Source of the DNA: a bacterium
GTDB taxonomy: Bacteria; Ratteibacteria; UBA8468; B48-G9; DTJG01
Direction: 5' to 3'
Length of the DNA stretch: 61,312 nt
Assembly: GCA_035392545.1 (NCBI GenBank)
Contig: DAONMJ010000001.1
Coordinates: forward strand, 1 to 61,312
Positions 29,758 through 39,530 of this stretch are shown piece after piece. The position numbers and the translations under genes were made by a program. The notes below the pieces were generated by a model that was not told the DNA's origin, searched no databases, and saw only the letters and a list, made by a program, of their open reading frames with translations. The stretch's first letter is position 1. Every line of letters starts with the position of its first letter.

Positions 29758-30582
29758 ATGAAAAATAAAATTTCAACAGGAAAAATTTTGAAAAAACCGA
29801 GCAGGATAGAAGAACTGGAATTACTGAAAAAAATAAAACAGGGTGACAGAGACGCGCAGGAAAAATTCATGAAAATGAATCAGGGGCTTGTTGTCTCAAT
29901 TGCCAGAAGATATGCGTTTTCAAATGACATTCTTGAAGACTTGATTTCTGAAGGTAATATCGGATTGATTGAGGCCATAAAAAAGTTTGACCCCAAAAAA
30001 CACGCAAGATTTGGGACATATGCGTATTTCTGGGTCAGACGTTACATTATGCGAGCAATGTCAACCAGTTCCTTTAAGGTTCCGGAAAAAATCAAGAAAC
30101 TCAAAACAAAATACAAAAACGTCATTGAAAAAGTCAAACTTGAAGAAAATAGATGTCCCACAAATACTGAAATGGCATCACTATTAAAACTGGATGTCCC
30201 AACCTTTTTGAAATACAAGCCTTATTTTGAATCAACAAAAATTTCTCCTTTTTTTCAGGATTCAGAAAATGAAGACTATGACCTATTTGATATTACAAAT
30301 TTTACATCAAGCAAGAAGCAATGGGACAGCATACTGGTAGATAAAGATATACTGAACAAATTGTTTAGAAGGTTGCAAAAAAAGATAAAAAGTGGTTCAA
30401 TTGATATATGGCTAAAGGCTCTGAAATTGCATTATGGAATTGATGATGGTATTCCAAGGTCCTATAAAGAAATCGCAGAACAGATGGGTTTTTCCAGACA
30501 GAGAGTACACCAAATTATTAAAACATGCCTGAAACATTTGCATAACGAAATAAAGGAGATGAAAAATGAAAGAATTATATGA
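29758..30582 (+). CDS. RNA polymerase sigma factor, sigma-70 family (no region 1.1; group 2/3-like)
   Basis: Region 2 is LISEGNIGLIEAIKKFDPKKHARFGTYAYFWVRRYI. Region 4 HTH is SYKEIAEQMGFSRQRVHQI. The product is 274 aa. Confidence 0.8.
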   Translation: MKNKISTGKILKKPSRIEELELLKKIKQGDRDAQEKFMKMNQGLVVSIARRYAFSNDILEDLISEGNIGLIEAIKKFDPKKHARFGTYAYFWVRRYIMRAMSTSSFKVPEKIKKLKTKYKNVIEKVKLEENRCPTNTEMASLLKLDVPTFLKYKPYFESTKISPFFQDSENEDYDLFDITNFTSSKKQWDSILVDKDILNKLFRRLQKKIKSGSIDIWLKALKLHYGIDDGIPRSYKEIAEQMGFSRQRVHQIIKTCLKHLHNEIKEMKNERII

Positions 30583-31078
30583 TGCTATAAGAACAATACC
30601 AGACTTTCCAAAGAGGGGAGTTTTGTTCAGAGATATTACGCCTTTAATAAAAAATGAAGACCTGTTCGCCAGAAGCATTGAATTGTTTGCAAAACAGGTG
30701 CCTGATGGAATAAACAAAATTGTTGCAATAGAATCCCGTGGTTTTATCTTTGGTGGCGCCCTTGCCTGTAAATTGAACAAAGGATTTGTTCCTATAAGAA
30801 AATTAGGTAAACTTCCATGCAAAACAATAAAACATACGTATGCGCTTGAGTATGGTGAGGACACAATAGAAATTCCAGCAGATGCGTTCGAAAAGAATGA
30901 AACAGTTGTTTTAATTGACGATGTGCTTGCCACAGGAGGTACTGCCGGAGCCGCATGCTCCTTGATAGAACGTGCAGGAGCAAAAGTCGAAAAGATTCTT
31001 TTTTTGATAGAACTGAAAGATCTTAATGGTAGAGAAAAAATTAAAGGGTATGATATTTACAGCATGCTTACTTTATGA
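30566..31078 (+). CDS. apt: adenine phosphoribosyltransferase
   Basis: IRTIPDFPKRGVLFRDITPL and the PRPP motif VVLIDDVLATGGTA are present. The product is 170 aa. Confidence 0.9.
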   Translation: MKELYDAIRTIPDFPKRGVLFRDITPLIKNEDLFARSIELFAKQVPDGINKIVAIESRGFIFGGALACKLNKGFVPIRKLGKLPCKTIKHTYALEYGEDTIEIPADAFEKNETVVLIDDVLATGGTAGAACSLIERAGAKVEKILFLIELKDLNGREKIKGYDIYSMLTL

Positions 31079-31572
31079 AAATCACTTTTTTCCGTTTATT
31101 CCTGCTTTCTCTATATTTCTTCGTTAATTGTCTCATATCAGGTACAGACATAAGAATCCCTTTTGAACTATGGCCAAAAGTTGAAGAAAAAATTTCTGAT
31201 GTCACGATTCTTGTAGCAAAAACAGAGCAACTGAGCCATCAGGGTTTCTGCGGAGCGACATCAGAACAATTTCAAACAACAGTAATCTGGTTTCCAGATA
31301 TCAAAGAAGAAACAGTATTCGTGAACACCAATCCGGGATATGGAACAGTAAATCAAGATCTTCAGGTTGTATTTTTAAATAAAAATTGGCTTGTTCTCGA
31401 CATAAAAACAATGGAAAAACACACAGGAACCGCTGTGGCTCCTCGTGGAACTTTCTCAGCACTTGAAGGAATCCCGGATGTTATCAGAAAACTTGGGTTC
31501 AAGAAAAACAAACCTTCGCCGTTTCGCATTCAAAAAATTGGCAACAGGTATTTTGGTATAAAACATCAATAA
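31075..31572 (+). CDS. hypothetical exported/membrane-anchored protein (weak DUF192-like pattern)
   Basis: The N-terminus is hydrophobic (FFRLFLLSLYFFVNCLISG). The later segment VAKTEQLSHQGF...VIWFPD...DLQVVFLNKNWLVLDI loosely resembles DUF192. No confident family assignment is possible. Confidence 0.35.
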   Translation: MKITFFRLFLLSLYFFVNCLISGTDIRIPFELWPKVEEKISDVTILVAKTEQLSHQGFCGATSEQFQTTVIWFPDIKEETVFVNTNPGYGTVNQDLQVVFLNKNWLVLDIKTMEKHTGTAVAPRGTFSALEGIPDVIRKLGFKKNKPSPFRIQKIGNRYFGIKHQ

Positions 31573-31641
31573 GAAAAAACTATGCAGTAATCCAAACACT
31601 TATTGAAAATCAATATGAAGTTCTCCGACAATGAAATAGTG

Positions 31642-32658
31642 TTAAATAAGATTCATTTCAATCATTGCTTCCGCAATCTGGACAGCATTTTGTGCGGCGC
31701 CTTTTTTAATGTTATCTCCAACAACCCACATATCAATAGCATGATCAAGTGCAGTGTTTTTTCTAATCCTGCCAACATAAACATCGTCCTTACCAGATAC
31801 TTCTATGGGTATCGGATATTGTGAGTTTCCGGGGTCATCCAATAATTTAACTCCTTTTGCGGATGATAGAATTTCACGACATTCATCAACGTCAGGATCA
31901 GTTTCAAACTGAATCGTAATCGCTTCTGAATGTCCATTGAAAACAGGAACCCTGACACACGTTGCAGAAACCAGCATATCAGGTCGATCAAGAATTTTTC
32001 TTGTTTCAAGTAGCATTTTTACTTCTTCTGAGTAATATCCCGCAAATTGTTCTGAAAGGTTCCCGATATGCGGAATCACGTTAAACAATATCCTGTGGGG
32101 ATAAACCCGAACAGTCATTTCCTGATTTTTTTCATACTGATGCGATTGATTTTCAAGTTCCTCCAATGCCTTGCTACCTGTACCAGACACTGCCTGGTAT
32201 GTTGAAACAACAATTCTTTTCACCCTGTAACGAGCATTTAAAGGCGCAACAGCCATTAACATAATGATAGTAGAACAATTTGGATTTGCTATAAAACCCT
32301 TATGTTTTTTCAAATGTTCAGCATTCACCTCAGGAATCACCAGCGGCACATCTGGATGCATTCTAAAATCTCCTCCATTATCAATTACAATTGCTCCTTT
32401 TTCAACTGCTTTCCATCCGAACTCAATGCTTGCTCCCTTTTCTCCTTCAGTACCGGCAAAGAATGCAAAATCTATCCCAGTAAAGGAATCTTCAGACGTT
32501 TTCTCAACCTGAAAACGTCTTCCAGCAATAATTTCTTCTCTTTCTCTTGTCGCAAGAACTTTCAAATCAGCAAAAGGGAAATTTCTTTCGATTAAGGTCT
32601 CAACCATTTTTTTTCCAACAAGACCTGCTCCAATTACTGCCACATTATATTTTTTCAT
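31642..32658 (-). CDS. asd: aspartate-semialdehyde dehydrogenase
   Basis: MKKYNVAVIGAGLVGKK, the active-site IANPNCSTI and YQAVSGTG are present. The product is 338 aa. Confidence 0.9.
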   Translation of the reverse strand: MKKYNVAVIGAGLVGKKMVETLIERNFPFADLKVLATREREEIIAGRRFQVEKTSEDSFTGIDFAFFAGTEGEKGASIEFGWKAVEKGAIVIDNGGDFRMHPDVPLVIPEVNAEHLKKHKGFIANPNCSTIIMLMAVAPLNARYRVKRIVVSTYQAVSGTGSKALEELENQSHQYEKNQEMTVRVYPHRILFNVIPHIGNLSEQFAGYYSEEVKMLLETRKILDRPDMLVSATCVRVPVFNGHSEAITIQFETDPDVDECREILSSAKGVKLLDDPGNSQYPIPIEVSGKDDVYVGRIRKNTALDHAIDMWVVGDNIKKGAAQNAVQIAEAMIEMNLI

Positions 32659-33076
32659 AGAAAAAACCTCCTTTTTTCAAATTTTCCAGCCCAGATTTAC
32701 AATAACCAAATGTATACCATTCACACTCTCCACATAATTTGAAAATAGCATCATTAAAATCAAAATCTTTTATCCTGTTATAAATTCTTTTTGCTTCAAC
32801 AGAATCATTAAAATCAATTCTTAATATTTTCATAATTTCTTTTTCTGCATTTTTTAAAAATATTTCTGAATCTGGTTTCTTTACACAAATTGAATCACGC
32901 ATATGGGGACAACAACTACAAATATCGTCTGCACCTTCTACCAGGATTAGTGTAATATTCGGATCATTTTTAATCTTGCAACAGATATTTTCCATGTTCT
33001 CAACAAATTTTTTGTTATAACCCTTGCCGTGAAATCCAAGAATACAGAAAAGATGGTGAGGTCTGACAACAGTCAT
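32645..33076 (-). CDS. DUF1284-like cysteine-rich protein
   Basis: MTVVRPHHLFCILGFHGKGYNKKFVENM is followed by CSCCPH, a later C and CGECEW. This N-terminal RPHHLxC...GxGY pattern is the DUF1284 signature as I recall it. Confidence 0.55.
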   Translation of the reverse strand: MTVVRPHHLFCILGFHGKGYNKKFVENMENICCKIKNDPNITLILVEGADDICSCCPHMRDSICVKKPDSEIFLKNAEKEIMKILRIDFNDSVEAKRIYNRIKDFDFNDAIFKLCGECEWYTFGYCKSGLENLKKGGFFYEKI

Positions 33077-33078
33077 AG

Positions 33079-33687
33079 CTATTTTATTTCAGGTCTGGAA
33101 ACAAGTGCCATCGTAAATAAAGCGGCAATGTAGGCTTTCAAAATATCAAATGGTACAAAAGGAATTACAGAAAGTAATAACGTCTGTTTAAATCCTGTTT
33201 TCATCATCAGCGAAAACCATAAAGCTCCAAATAAATAAATAATAGAAACACCACCAAGCATTATGCAAATCACACTTGAGATTTTATCAACCCTGTTCCT
33301 TCTGCTGACCATATAACCAACAAACAAAGAAGCAGGAATAAAACCAACAATATAACCAAATGACGGAGCAGACAAAATATTAAACAATCCACCAGTTCCG
33401 CCGGCAAACCAGGGTATTCGTGTCATTCCACCAATTAGATAAATTCCCTGACTGATACCTGCCCAGCTTCTGCCTAAAAATACACCTGTTAAAAGCACCA
33501 TCAATACCTGCCCGGTTATAGGGACAGGAGTAAAAGGTAGTTTTATTGTAATTTGAGCAGAAACACCTGTGAGGAAAGCAAAAACTAAAGAAATCACCAA
33601 TTTTTCTATGATTGTTGCTGAACATATCCAGTCAAAATATCGCTGCCAGACAAAATTCCATTTTTTTGTTAAATATGTCATAGCCAT
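33079..33687 (-). CDS. bioY: biotin transporter BioY (ECF S-component type)
   Basis: The 202-aa product has ~6 TMs and PFTPVPITGQVLMVLLTGVFLG, the characteristic BioY PVPxTxQ segment. Confidence 0.7.
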   Translation of the reverse strand: MAMTYLTKKWNFVWQRYFDWICSATIIEKLVISLVFAFLTGVSAQITIKLPFTPVPITGQVLMVLLTGVFLGRSWAGISQGIYLIGGMTRIPWFAGGTGGLFNILSAPSFGYIVGFIPASLFVGYMVSRRNRVDKISSVICIMLGGVSIIYLFGALWFSLMMKTGFKQTLLLSVIPFVPFDILKAYIAALFTMALVSRPEIK

Positions 33688-33692
33688 ATCCT

Positions 33693-34769
33693 TTAAATTT
33701 CAGAAACAAATCCAGCAATCAATGCGCCAACCTCAGCAGTACCCATTCCCATTTTGCCTGCTTCAAGACTCTTCACATGACCTTCTGAAAGCGCCTTACA
33801 AACTGCTTTCTCTATGGTTTCCGCAGCCTCTGTTTCTCCAAGAGTATCAAGAAGCATAGCACCAGCTGCTATCGTAGCTATCGGACAGATTACATTTTTC
33901 CCTGTATATTTTGGTGCAGAACCATGTATTGGTTCAAACATACTCACTCCTTCAGGATTGATATTACCTCCTGCTGCAACTCCAAGACCTCCCTGCGTCA
34001 TGGCAGCAAGGTCTGTGATGATGTCACCAAACATGTTGTTTGTAACAATGACATCAAACCACTCAGGGTTTTTTACCATCCACATGCATGTTGCGTCAAC
34101 AAATGCAAAATCCAGTTTTATATCCGTATATTCTTTTTGCACTTCCTGACAGGTACGCCTCCATAAATCCCCAGAAAAGGTTAACACATTGGCTTTGTCA
34201 ACACAGGTCAATGTTTTGTTTTTATTTCTTTTTCTGGCAAGTTCAAAGGCATATCTGACGCACCTTTCCACACCCTTTCTTGTGCTGATGTCAAGCTGTG
34301 TAGCAATTTCATCCTTGGTCCCTTTCTTAAACGAACCTCCTATTCCACAGTACGCTCCCTCTGTATTTTCCCGTACAACAACATAGTCAATATGTTCGGG
34401 CCCTTTATCTTTCAAGGGTGTCCACACACCTGGATATAACTTCACTGGGCGTAAGTTTATATACTGGTCAAGTTCAAACCTGATTTTTAACAATATTCCT
34501 TTTTCAAGTATACCTGGTTGCACATCAGGATGACCGATGGCTCCAAGAAATATCACATCGAGTTTTTTAAATTCTTCTATCGCTGAATCAGGCAGGGTTT
34601 CACCTGTTTTAAGATACCTATCTCCACCAAAATCATAGTACACTGTATCCAGTTTAAAATTAAATCGACCGGCGGCTGACTTCAAAACTTCCATTCCGGC
34701 ATTAATGATTTCTGGCCCAATACCATCACCTGGAATAACTCCTACCTTATATATTTTTCCTTTACCCAT
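33693..34769 (-). CDS. leuB: 3-isopropylmalate dehydrogenase
   Basis: [29 protein letters not shown] and [13 protein letters not shown] are present. It sits downstream of leuA-leuC-leuD. Confidence 0.88.
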   Translation of the reverse strand: MGKGKIYKVGVIPGDGIGPEIINAGMEVLKSAAGRFNFKLDTVYYDFGGDRYLKTGETLPDSAIEEFKKLDVIFLGAIGHPDVQPGILEKGILLKIRFELDQYINLRPVKLYPGVWTPLKDKGPEHIDYVVVRENTEGAYCGIGGSFKKGTKDEIATQLDISTRKGVERCVRYAFELARKRNKNKTLTCVDKANVLTFSGDLWRRTCQEVQKEYTDIKLDFAFVDATCMWMVKNPEWFDVIVTNNMFGDIITDLAAMTQGGLGVAAGGNINPEGVSMFEPIHGSAPKYTGKNVICPIATIAAGAMLLDTLGETEAAETIEKAVCKALSEGHVKSLEAGKMGMGTAEVGALIAGFVSEI

Positions 34770-35233
34770 GACATTAATCCTCCACTTTTGATGATTTGTT
34801 GAAGAAATTCAGGATACTTCATAAAAGTTCCTTTTTCTCCATTTGTTAAATTTACAATGATCCCACTATCAAAATTAACTTCTAAAATATCACCTTGCGA
34901 AATTTTATCAGCGAATGGTATCTCAATAATCGGCAGGCCGATATTTATAGCATTTCTAAAGAATATCCTGGCAAAACTTTTTGCGACAACAACAGAAATA
35001 CCGCATCCTTTTATTGCAAGCGGTGCATGTTCACGACTTGAACCGCAGCCAAAATTTTCTCCAGCAACGATAATATCATCTTTTGCTATTTTTTTTGAAA
35101 AATCAGGAGCAATGGTTTCCATACAATGAGCAGCCAATTCTCTAACGTCAGTAGTATTAAGATACCGGGCTGCTATAATATCATCTGTGTTAATGTGGTC
35201 ACCAAATTTCCATACTTTTCCCTTAATAATCAT
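34742..35233 (-). CDS. leuD: 3-isopropylmalate dehydratase small subunit
   Basis: [33 protein letters not shown] and [14 protein letters not shown] are present. The product is 163 aa, and the gene overlaps the leuC stop by 4 nt. Confidence 0.9.
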   Translation of the reverse strand: MIIKGKVWKFGDHINTDDIIAARYLNTTDVRELAAHCMETIAPDFSKKIAKDDIIVAGENFGCGSSREHAPLAIKGCGISVVVAKSFARIFFRNAINIGLPIIEIPFADKISQGDILEVNFDSGIIVNLTNGEKGTFMKYPEFLQQIIKSGGLMSWVKEKYIR

Positions 35234-36486
35234 TTTTGCACCTCATCAGGATGTGAAATTTTACCCAGAATTGCAGACGCCATAGCCACCTCTGGATTTG
35301 AAAGATATACCATGCTTTCCGGATGTCCCATTCTTCCAATAAAATTTCTGTTCGTGGTTGCAATTGCTACTTCACCTTTCCCGAGGACACCCATATGTCC
35401 GCCTAAACACGGACCACAGGTTGGAGGACTTATCACGCAGCCAGATTCAACAAAAATATCAATTAAACCTTCTCGAAGCGCCTGCTGGTAAACCTTTCGT
35501 GTTGCTGGAATAATAATTGTTCTCACTTCTGGATGAACTGACCTGCCTTTTGCAATCATCGCGGCTTTTCTAAGATCAGAAATTCGTCCGTTTGTACATG
35601 AACCAATGACAACCTGATCTATGCTCACACTTGAAAATTCTCTCACATTTTTTGCATTTGAAGGTAAATGAGGAGCTGAAACCTGTGGTTCAATAGCACC
35701 GGCATCTATTTCAATAATGTTTTCATATTCAGCATCTTCATCACTTCTATAAAAAGTCCCGGTATTAGCGCCCGAAGTCAATAGAAATTCTTCAGTAATA
35801 CTATCCGGTGCAATAATCCCATTTTTCCCACCTGCTTCAATCGCCATATTACAAATGGTCAATCTATCATCCATTGAAAGACCATCAATCGCTTCTCCGG
35901 TAAACTCCATGGCTCTGTATCTGGCACCATCCACACCTATTTTCCCAATGGTATAAAGAATAATATCTTTTCCTCCTACATATTTACCGCATCTGCCTTT
36001 ATAAACAAATTTGATTGTTGGCGGAACTTTTAACCAGATTTTGCCGGTAATCATAGCAAACGCAACATCTGTACTTCCTACACCAGTAGAAAAAGCTCCA
36101 AGAGCGCCATAAGTACAGGTATGACTATCTGCGCCAATGATGAGATCTCCTGCAGAAATGAGTCCCTGTTCTGGAAGAAGCGCATGTTCAATACCTACCT
36201 TGCCAATTTCATAAAATCTTACACTATACTTCTTTGCAAAATTTCTAAGAACCTTCACCATTTCAGCGCTTCTTATGTCCTTGCATGGAGTAAAGTGATC
36301 AGGAACAAGAACAATCTTCGTCGGATCAAAAACTTTGTTCATCCCCAACTTAGTAAATTCCTCAATTGCAAGTGGACCAGTAATGTCATTTGCGAGAACA
36401 AGATCAACATTTGCTTCAATAAATTGACCTGGAATAACTTCCTTTAATCCTGCATGAACCGATAATATTTTTTCAGTAATTGTCAT
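35230..36486 (-). CDS. leuC: 3-isopropylmalate dehydratase large subunit
   Basis: MTITEKIL, Fe-S ligand regions [27 protein letters not shown] and [12 protein letters not shown] are present. The product is 418 aa. Confidence 0.92.
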   Translation of the reverse strand: MTITEKILSVHAGLKEVIPGQFIEANVDLVLANDITGPLAIEEFTKLGMNKVFDPTKIVLVPDHFTPCKDIRSAEMVKVLRNFAKKYSVRFYEIGKVGIEHALLPEQGLISAGDLIIGADSHTCTYGALGAFSTGVGSTDVAFAMITGKIWLKVPPTIKFVYKGRCGKYVGGKDIILYTIGKIGVDGARYRAMEFTGEAIDGLSMDDRLTICNMAIEAGGKNGIIAPDSITEEFLLTSGANTGTFYRSDEDAEYENIIEIDAGAIEPQVSAPHLPSNAKNVREFSSVSIDQVVIGSCTNGRISDLRKAAMIAKGRSVHPEVRTIIIPATRKVYQQALREGLIDIFVESGCVISPPTCGPCLGGHMGVLGKGEVAIATTNRNFIGRMGHPESMVYLSNPEVAMASAILGKISHPDEVQK

Positions 36487-36523
36487 TGAAATCCTTTCGG
36501 TATCAATATTTTAAGAAATTAAT

Positions 36524-38056
36524 TTACGTACCCCTGTATTTTTTCTTAATAATGGTCTTTTTGGTTAAATACTGGTTTATCGCATTGAGATAAGCCCTGG
36601 CACTCGCCTCAATAATATCAGTGCTCACACCTTTTCCGGCGACCCTCACACCATCAATAATAAGGGAAACAATCACCTCACCCTGAGCATCCTTTCCACC
36701 TGTTACTGCTGCAATCTTATACTCATGCAACTTCGGCGATATTTTAACTATCCTGTCAATCGCCCTGTAAAGGGCATCAATAGGACCATCGCCAAGAGAA
36801 GCATCTTCCAGAATCTCATCCTTTTTACGAATTCTTACTGTGGCGCTTGGTAATGTGGAAGTCCCTGAGACGATGTGAAAATACTCCAGGGTATAAACCG
36901 GTTCAACAGCAGATAGCGTCTCCTGTTCAGCAAGAACAATCAAGTCGAGGTCATTCACTTCTTTTTTCTTATCTGCAAGAGTTTTGAACTGTTCAAAAAT
37001 TTTATTCAGTGTTTTTTCGTCAACTGAAACACCAAGAGATTCAAGTCTCAGTTTCAAAGCATGCCTGCCAGAATGCTTTCCAAGAACAAGGGTACTTTCA
37101 GGAATTCCTACCATTTTGGGATGCATAATTTCATAGGTTTCCCTGCATTTTATTACACCATCCTGATGAATTCCTGATTCGTGTTTGAATGCATTATCCC
37201 CAACTATTGCCTTGTTTGGCTGCACAGGAATGCCGGTTAGAGAAGACACAAGCTTGCTGATCCTATAAATGTGTTTTGTGTCAAGGTCAACATCTACCCC
37301 GTAAAATTTTTTCCTTACGATAAGATTCATAGCTATTTCTTCAAGCGATGCATTCCCTGCCCGTTCACCAATACCATTAATCGTGCACTCAACCTGTCTT
37401 GCGCCATTTTTCACAGCAGTAAGTGAATTTGCAACCGCAAGTCCGAGGTCGTTATGACAGTGCACACTGATCACTATTTCTGGTGGAAATTTTTCTCTCA
37501 GAAATCCGATCAATGCTCCATACTCCTCAGGCACAGCATATCCAACCGTGTCGGGAATATTGAGTGTTCGTGCACCTTCTTCAACAACGGTCTGACAAAC
37601 CTCAAAAAGAAAATCGCTTTCAGTTCTGGTTGCATCTTCTGGAGAAAATTCAATGTCGTCAATGAACTTTTTCGCAAATTTCACCATATCCCTGGCAATT
37701 CTTATTATTTCGCTTTTAGCTTTTACCAGTTTAAACTTTCTGTGAATTTCTGATGTCGCAAGAAAAAGATGTAATCGGGGTTTCCTGGCACTCTCGAGAG
37801 ATTTCAATGCGACTTCCACATCCCTGGGGACACATCGCGCAAGGGCACAAACCGCAGGGCCATTAACTTCTTTTCCAATCAGTTTTACCGCATACGCATC
37901 ATCTTCTGAAGCCACAGGAAAACCTGCTTCAATTACATCAACATTTAATCTGGCGAGGTGCCTGGCAATCGTCAGTTTAGCACTACTGGTAAGACTGGCT
38001 CCAGGGGACTGTTCGCCATCTCTTAAAGTCGTGTCAAAAAATATTATTCTATCCAT
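36524..38056 (-). CDS. leuA: 2-isopropylmalate synthase
   Basis: MDRIIFFDTTLRDGEQSPG, HCHNDLGLAVANSL and a C-terminal LeuA dimerisation/regulatory domain are present. The track start at 38071 is TTG. ATG 38056 is preceded by GAAGGGAAAGG. Confidence 0.92.
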   Translation of the reverse strand: MDRIIFFDTTLRDGEQSPGASLTSSAKLTIARHLARLNVDVIEAGFPVASEDDAYAVKLIGKEVNGPAVCALARCVPRDVEVALKSLESARKPRLHLFLATSEIHRKFKLVKAKSEIIRIARDMVKFAKKFIDDIEFSPEDATRTESDFLFEVCQTVVEEGARTLNIPDTVGYAVPEEYGALIGFLREKFPPEIVISVHCHNDLGLAVANSLTAVKNGARQVECTINGIGERAGNASLEEIAMNLIVRKKFYGVDVDLDTKHIYRISKLVSSLTGIPVQPNKAIVGDNAFKHESGIHQDGVIKCRETYEIMHPKMVGIPESTLVLGKHSGRHALKLRLESLGVSVDEKTLNKIFEQFKTLADKKKEVNDLDLIVLAEQETLSAVEPVYTLEYFHIVSGTSTLPSATVRIRKKDEILEDASLGDGPIDALYRAIDRIVKISPKLHEYKIAAVTGGKDAQGEVIVSLIIDGVRVAGKGVSTDIIEASARAYLNAINQYLTKKTIIKKKYRGT

Positions 38057-38132
38057 AACCTTTCCCTTCAAACGCAGTAGTTTTTATAACTTCTGTACTA
38101 CCAGTTTTATTAGATTTTTATTTTACCCTTAC

Positions 38133-38161
38133 TTGACAGAAAAAGCAAAAATGAATATATT
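38133..38161 (+). promoter_or_regulatory. candidate sigma70 promoter for the lipoprotein gene (would give a near-leaderless mRNA starting at ATG 38169)
   Basis: TTGACA (38133-38138) is followed by a 17-nt spacer and TATATT (38156-38161). The first ATG (38151) lies inside the spacer and has no RBS. The second ATG (38169) lies ~8 nt after the -10 hexamer. Confidence 0.35.
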
Positions 38162-38855
38162 TATACTCATGAATAGAAAAAAAATCTGCAAAGACGCTCT
38201 CGCAATTTTAATGGTCGGTATGCTTTTTTCCGGGTGCGCAAGAGAAAAGAAACCCACAGTAAATATTGATGAAAAATTATTGCAGGAAGCCATTGAGTAT
38301 GGCAAAGTAAAAGCAGGTATGTCCAACTATGAATTTATGGAACCATGGAGTGTTTATCTCGGGTATGAAATTGGCAAGGGCAGGGTGGTGTACTTTACCC
38401 CATTTCTACAGGCCGCACAACTGGCAAAAAATGCTGCAGAGAAAAACCTCAAACCTGACATAAACATAATAAAAAAAGCAATCGCTGCAAAAAGTGATAC
38501 ACTTAATTTTTTGGTCCTCACATATGGCAACGAACCAGACACATCAAAAAGAATGAAGGTATTCCTCATATGTGATAAAACGAGAATAGAACCAGTATTT
38601 GCTCATTTTCCACCCTTTGGAGAATTTAATCGTGATTATTATCAACAGATTAATGGAGAAGTAAGATTTCCGAGAAAAGATATTCCTGAAAATGCCACAG
38701 TCAAATTGTGTATCGAAATCTTCCCCAAGATGGAAAAAGACGACAAACATCATGAAGACGAACATCACCATCATGAGTCAGAAATAGTCGTTGGGCAACA
38801 AACACAGGATCATATTATCACAGAATTCGTATTTAACCTCTCAAAATACAGGTAG
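38151..38855 (+). CDS. lipoprotein of unknown function with a His/acidic-rich C-terminal segment
   Basis: The signal peptide with lipobox is (MNIFIL)MNRKKICKDALAILMVGMLFSGC. The C-terminal segment is KDDKHHEDEHHHHESE. The alternative start ATG 38169 gives a canonical 23-aa lipoprotein signal. The track start 38031 overlaps leuA and is rejected. Confidence 0.6.
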   Translation: MNIFILMNRKKICKDALAILMVGMLFSGCAREKKPTVNIDEKLLQEAIEYGKVKAGMSNYEFMEPWSVYLGYEIGKGRVVYFTPFLQAAQLAKNAAEKNLKPDINIIKKAIAAKSDTLNFLVLTYGNEPDTSKRMKVFLICDKTRIEPVFAHFPPFGEFNRDYYQQINGEVRFPRKDIPENATVKLCIEIFPKMEKDDKHHEDEHHHHESEIVVGQQTQDHIITEFVFNLSKYR

Positions 38856-38878
38856 TTCTTCATACTGAACAAGGCCAA

Positions 38879-39511
38879 ATGGAATATAAATATTTAAAAG
38901 AACCTTTAGAAAAATATATTGAACGTCTTTCTGAAAAATCACCGTGCCCTGGTGGTGGCAGCGCAGCAATTTTATCCCTTGCCCTGGCAAATGCGTTAAT
39001 TCTGATGGTATGTAATTACACAGTGGACAGTACAAAGGTGGAAGAAAATTCCAGGAAAATCTCAAAGGACATTCTGGACAATGCGTTACAGATACAACCA
39101 TTGATAAACAAATATGTTGAACAGGATAGCATCATTTATAAAGAAATTCAGGAAACAATGAAAGTTTGTCGAAAAGACCCAACAAAAGCGACAGAATATG
39201 AAAATGCACTGAAAAAGAGTATTAATTTACATATTCAGATTCTTGATTACTGTCAATCCATGCTGCGGTGGAACGAAATACTTGTGGAACATTGTAACCC
39301 ATATTTGATAAGCGATGTTGGTGTCTCTGCATCACTGATCGAAGGCGTGATAAGGGCAACAGAAGTAAATATTCTAATCAACCTGAGAGAAATTAAAAAT
39401 GTTCAATATGTCACAGAGGGCACAAACAAAATTCAAGTTTTATCTTCATTAATCCAAAAAGCCATTGATATAATAAGAAAGGTTGAAATGAAAATTTCTT
39501 CAGGCACATAA
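38879..39511 (+). CDS. fchA: cyclodeaminase/cyclohydrolase family protein (FTCD C-terminal domain; methenyl-THF cyclohydrolase FchA-like)
   Basis: SEKSPCPGGGSAAILSLALANALILMV is the hallmark N-terminal segment of the all-helical FTCD_C family. The product is 210 aa and sits directly upstream of folD and fhs. Confidence 0.65.
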   Translation: MEYKYLKEPLEKYIERLSEKSPCPGGGSAAILSLALANALILMVCNYTVDSTKVEENSRKISKDILDNALQIQPLINKYVEQDSIIYKEIQETMKVCRKDPTKATEYENALKKSINLHIQILDYCQSMLRWNEILVEHCNPYLISDVGVSASLIEGVIRATEVNILINLREIKNVQYVTEGTNKIQVLSSLIQKAIDIIRKVEMKISSGT

Positions 39512-39530
39512 ACCAAAAAACGGAGGAAAG

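Noticed and set aside
30412-30933. 173-aa ORF antisense to the sigma-factor 3' end and apt
   Set aside because: It is fully embedded opposite two well-supported genes, has low-complexity Ser/Phe/Ile-rich composition and carries no recognisable motif. It is a typical shadow ORF.
38031-38150. Upstream extension of the lipoprotein ORF (the same issue arises for 40363-40413 before fhs and 50628-50693 before the GT4 gene)
   Set aside because: The extensions overlap neighbouring genes (leuA start, folD end, GT9 end). In each case an internal ATG gives the canonical N-terminus, which is a lipobox signal, MLTDLEIAQKA after AAAGGAG, or MKIFLMLPE.
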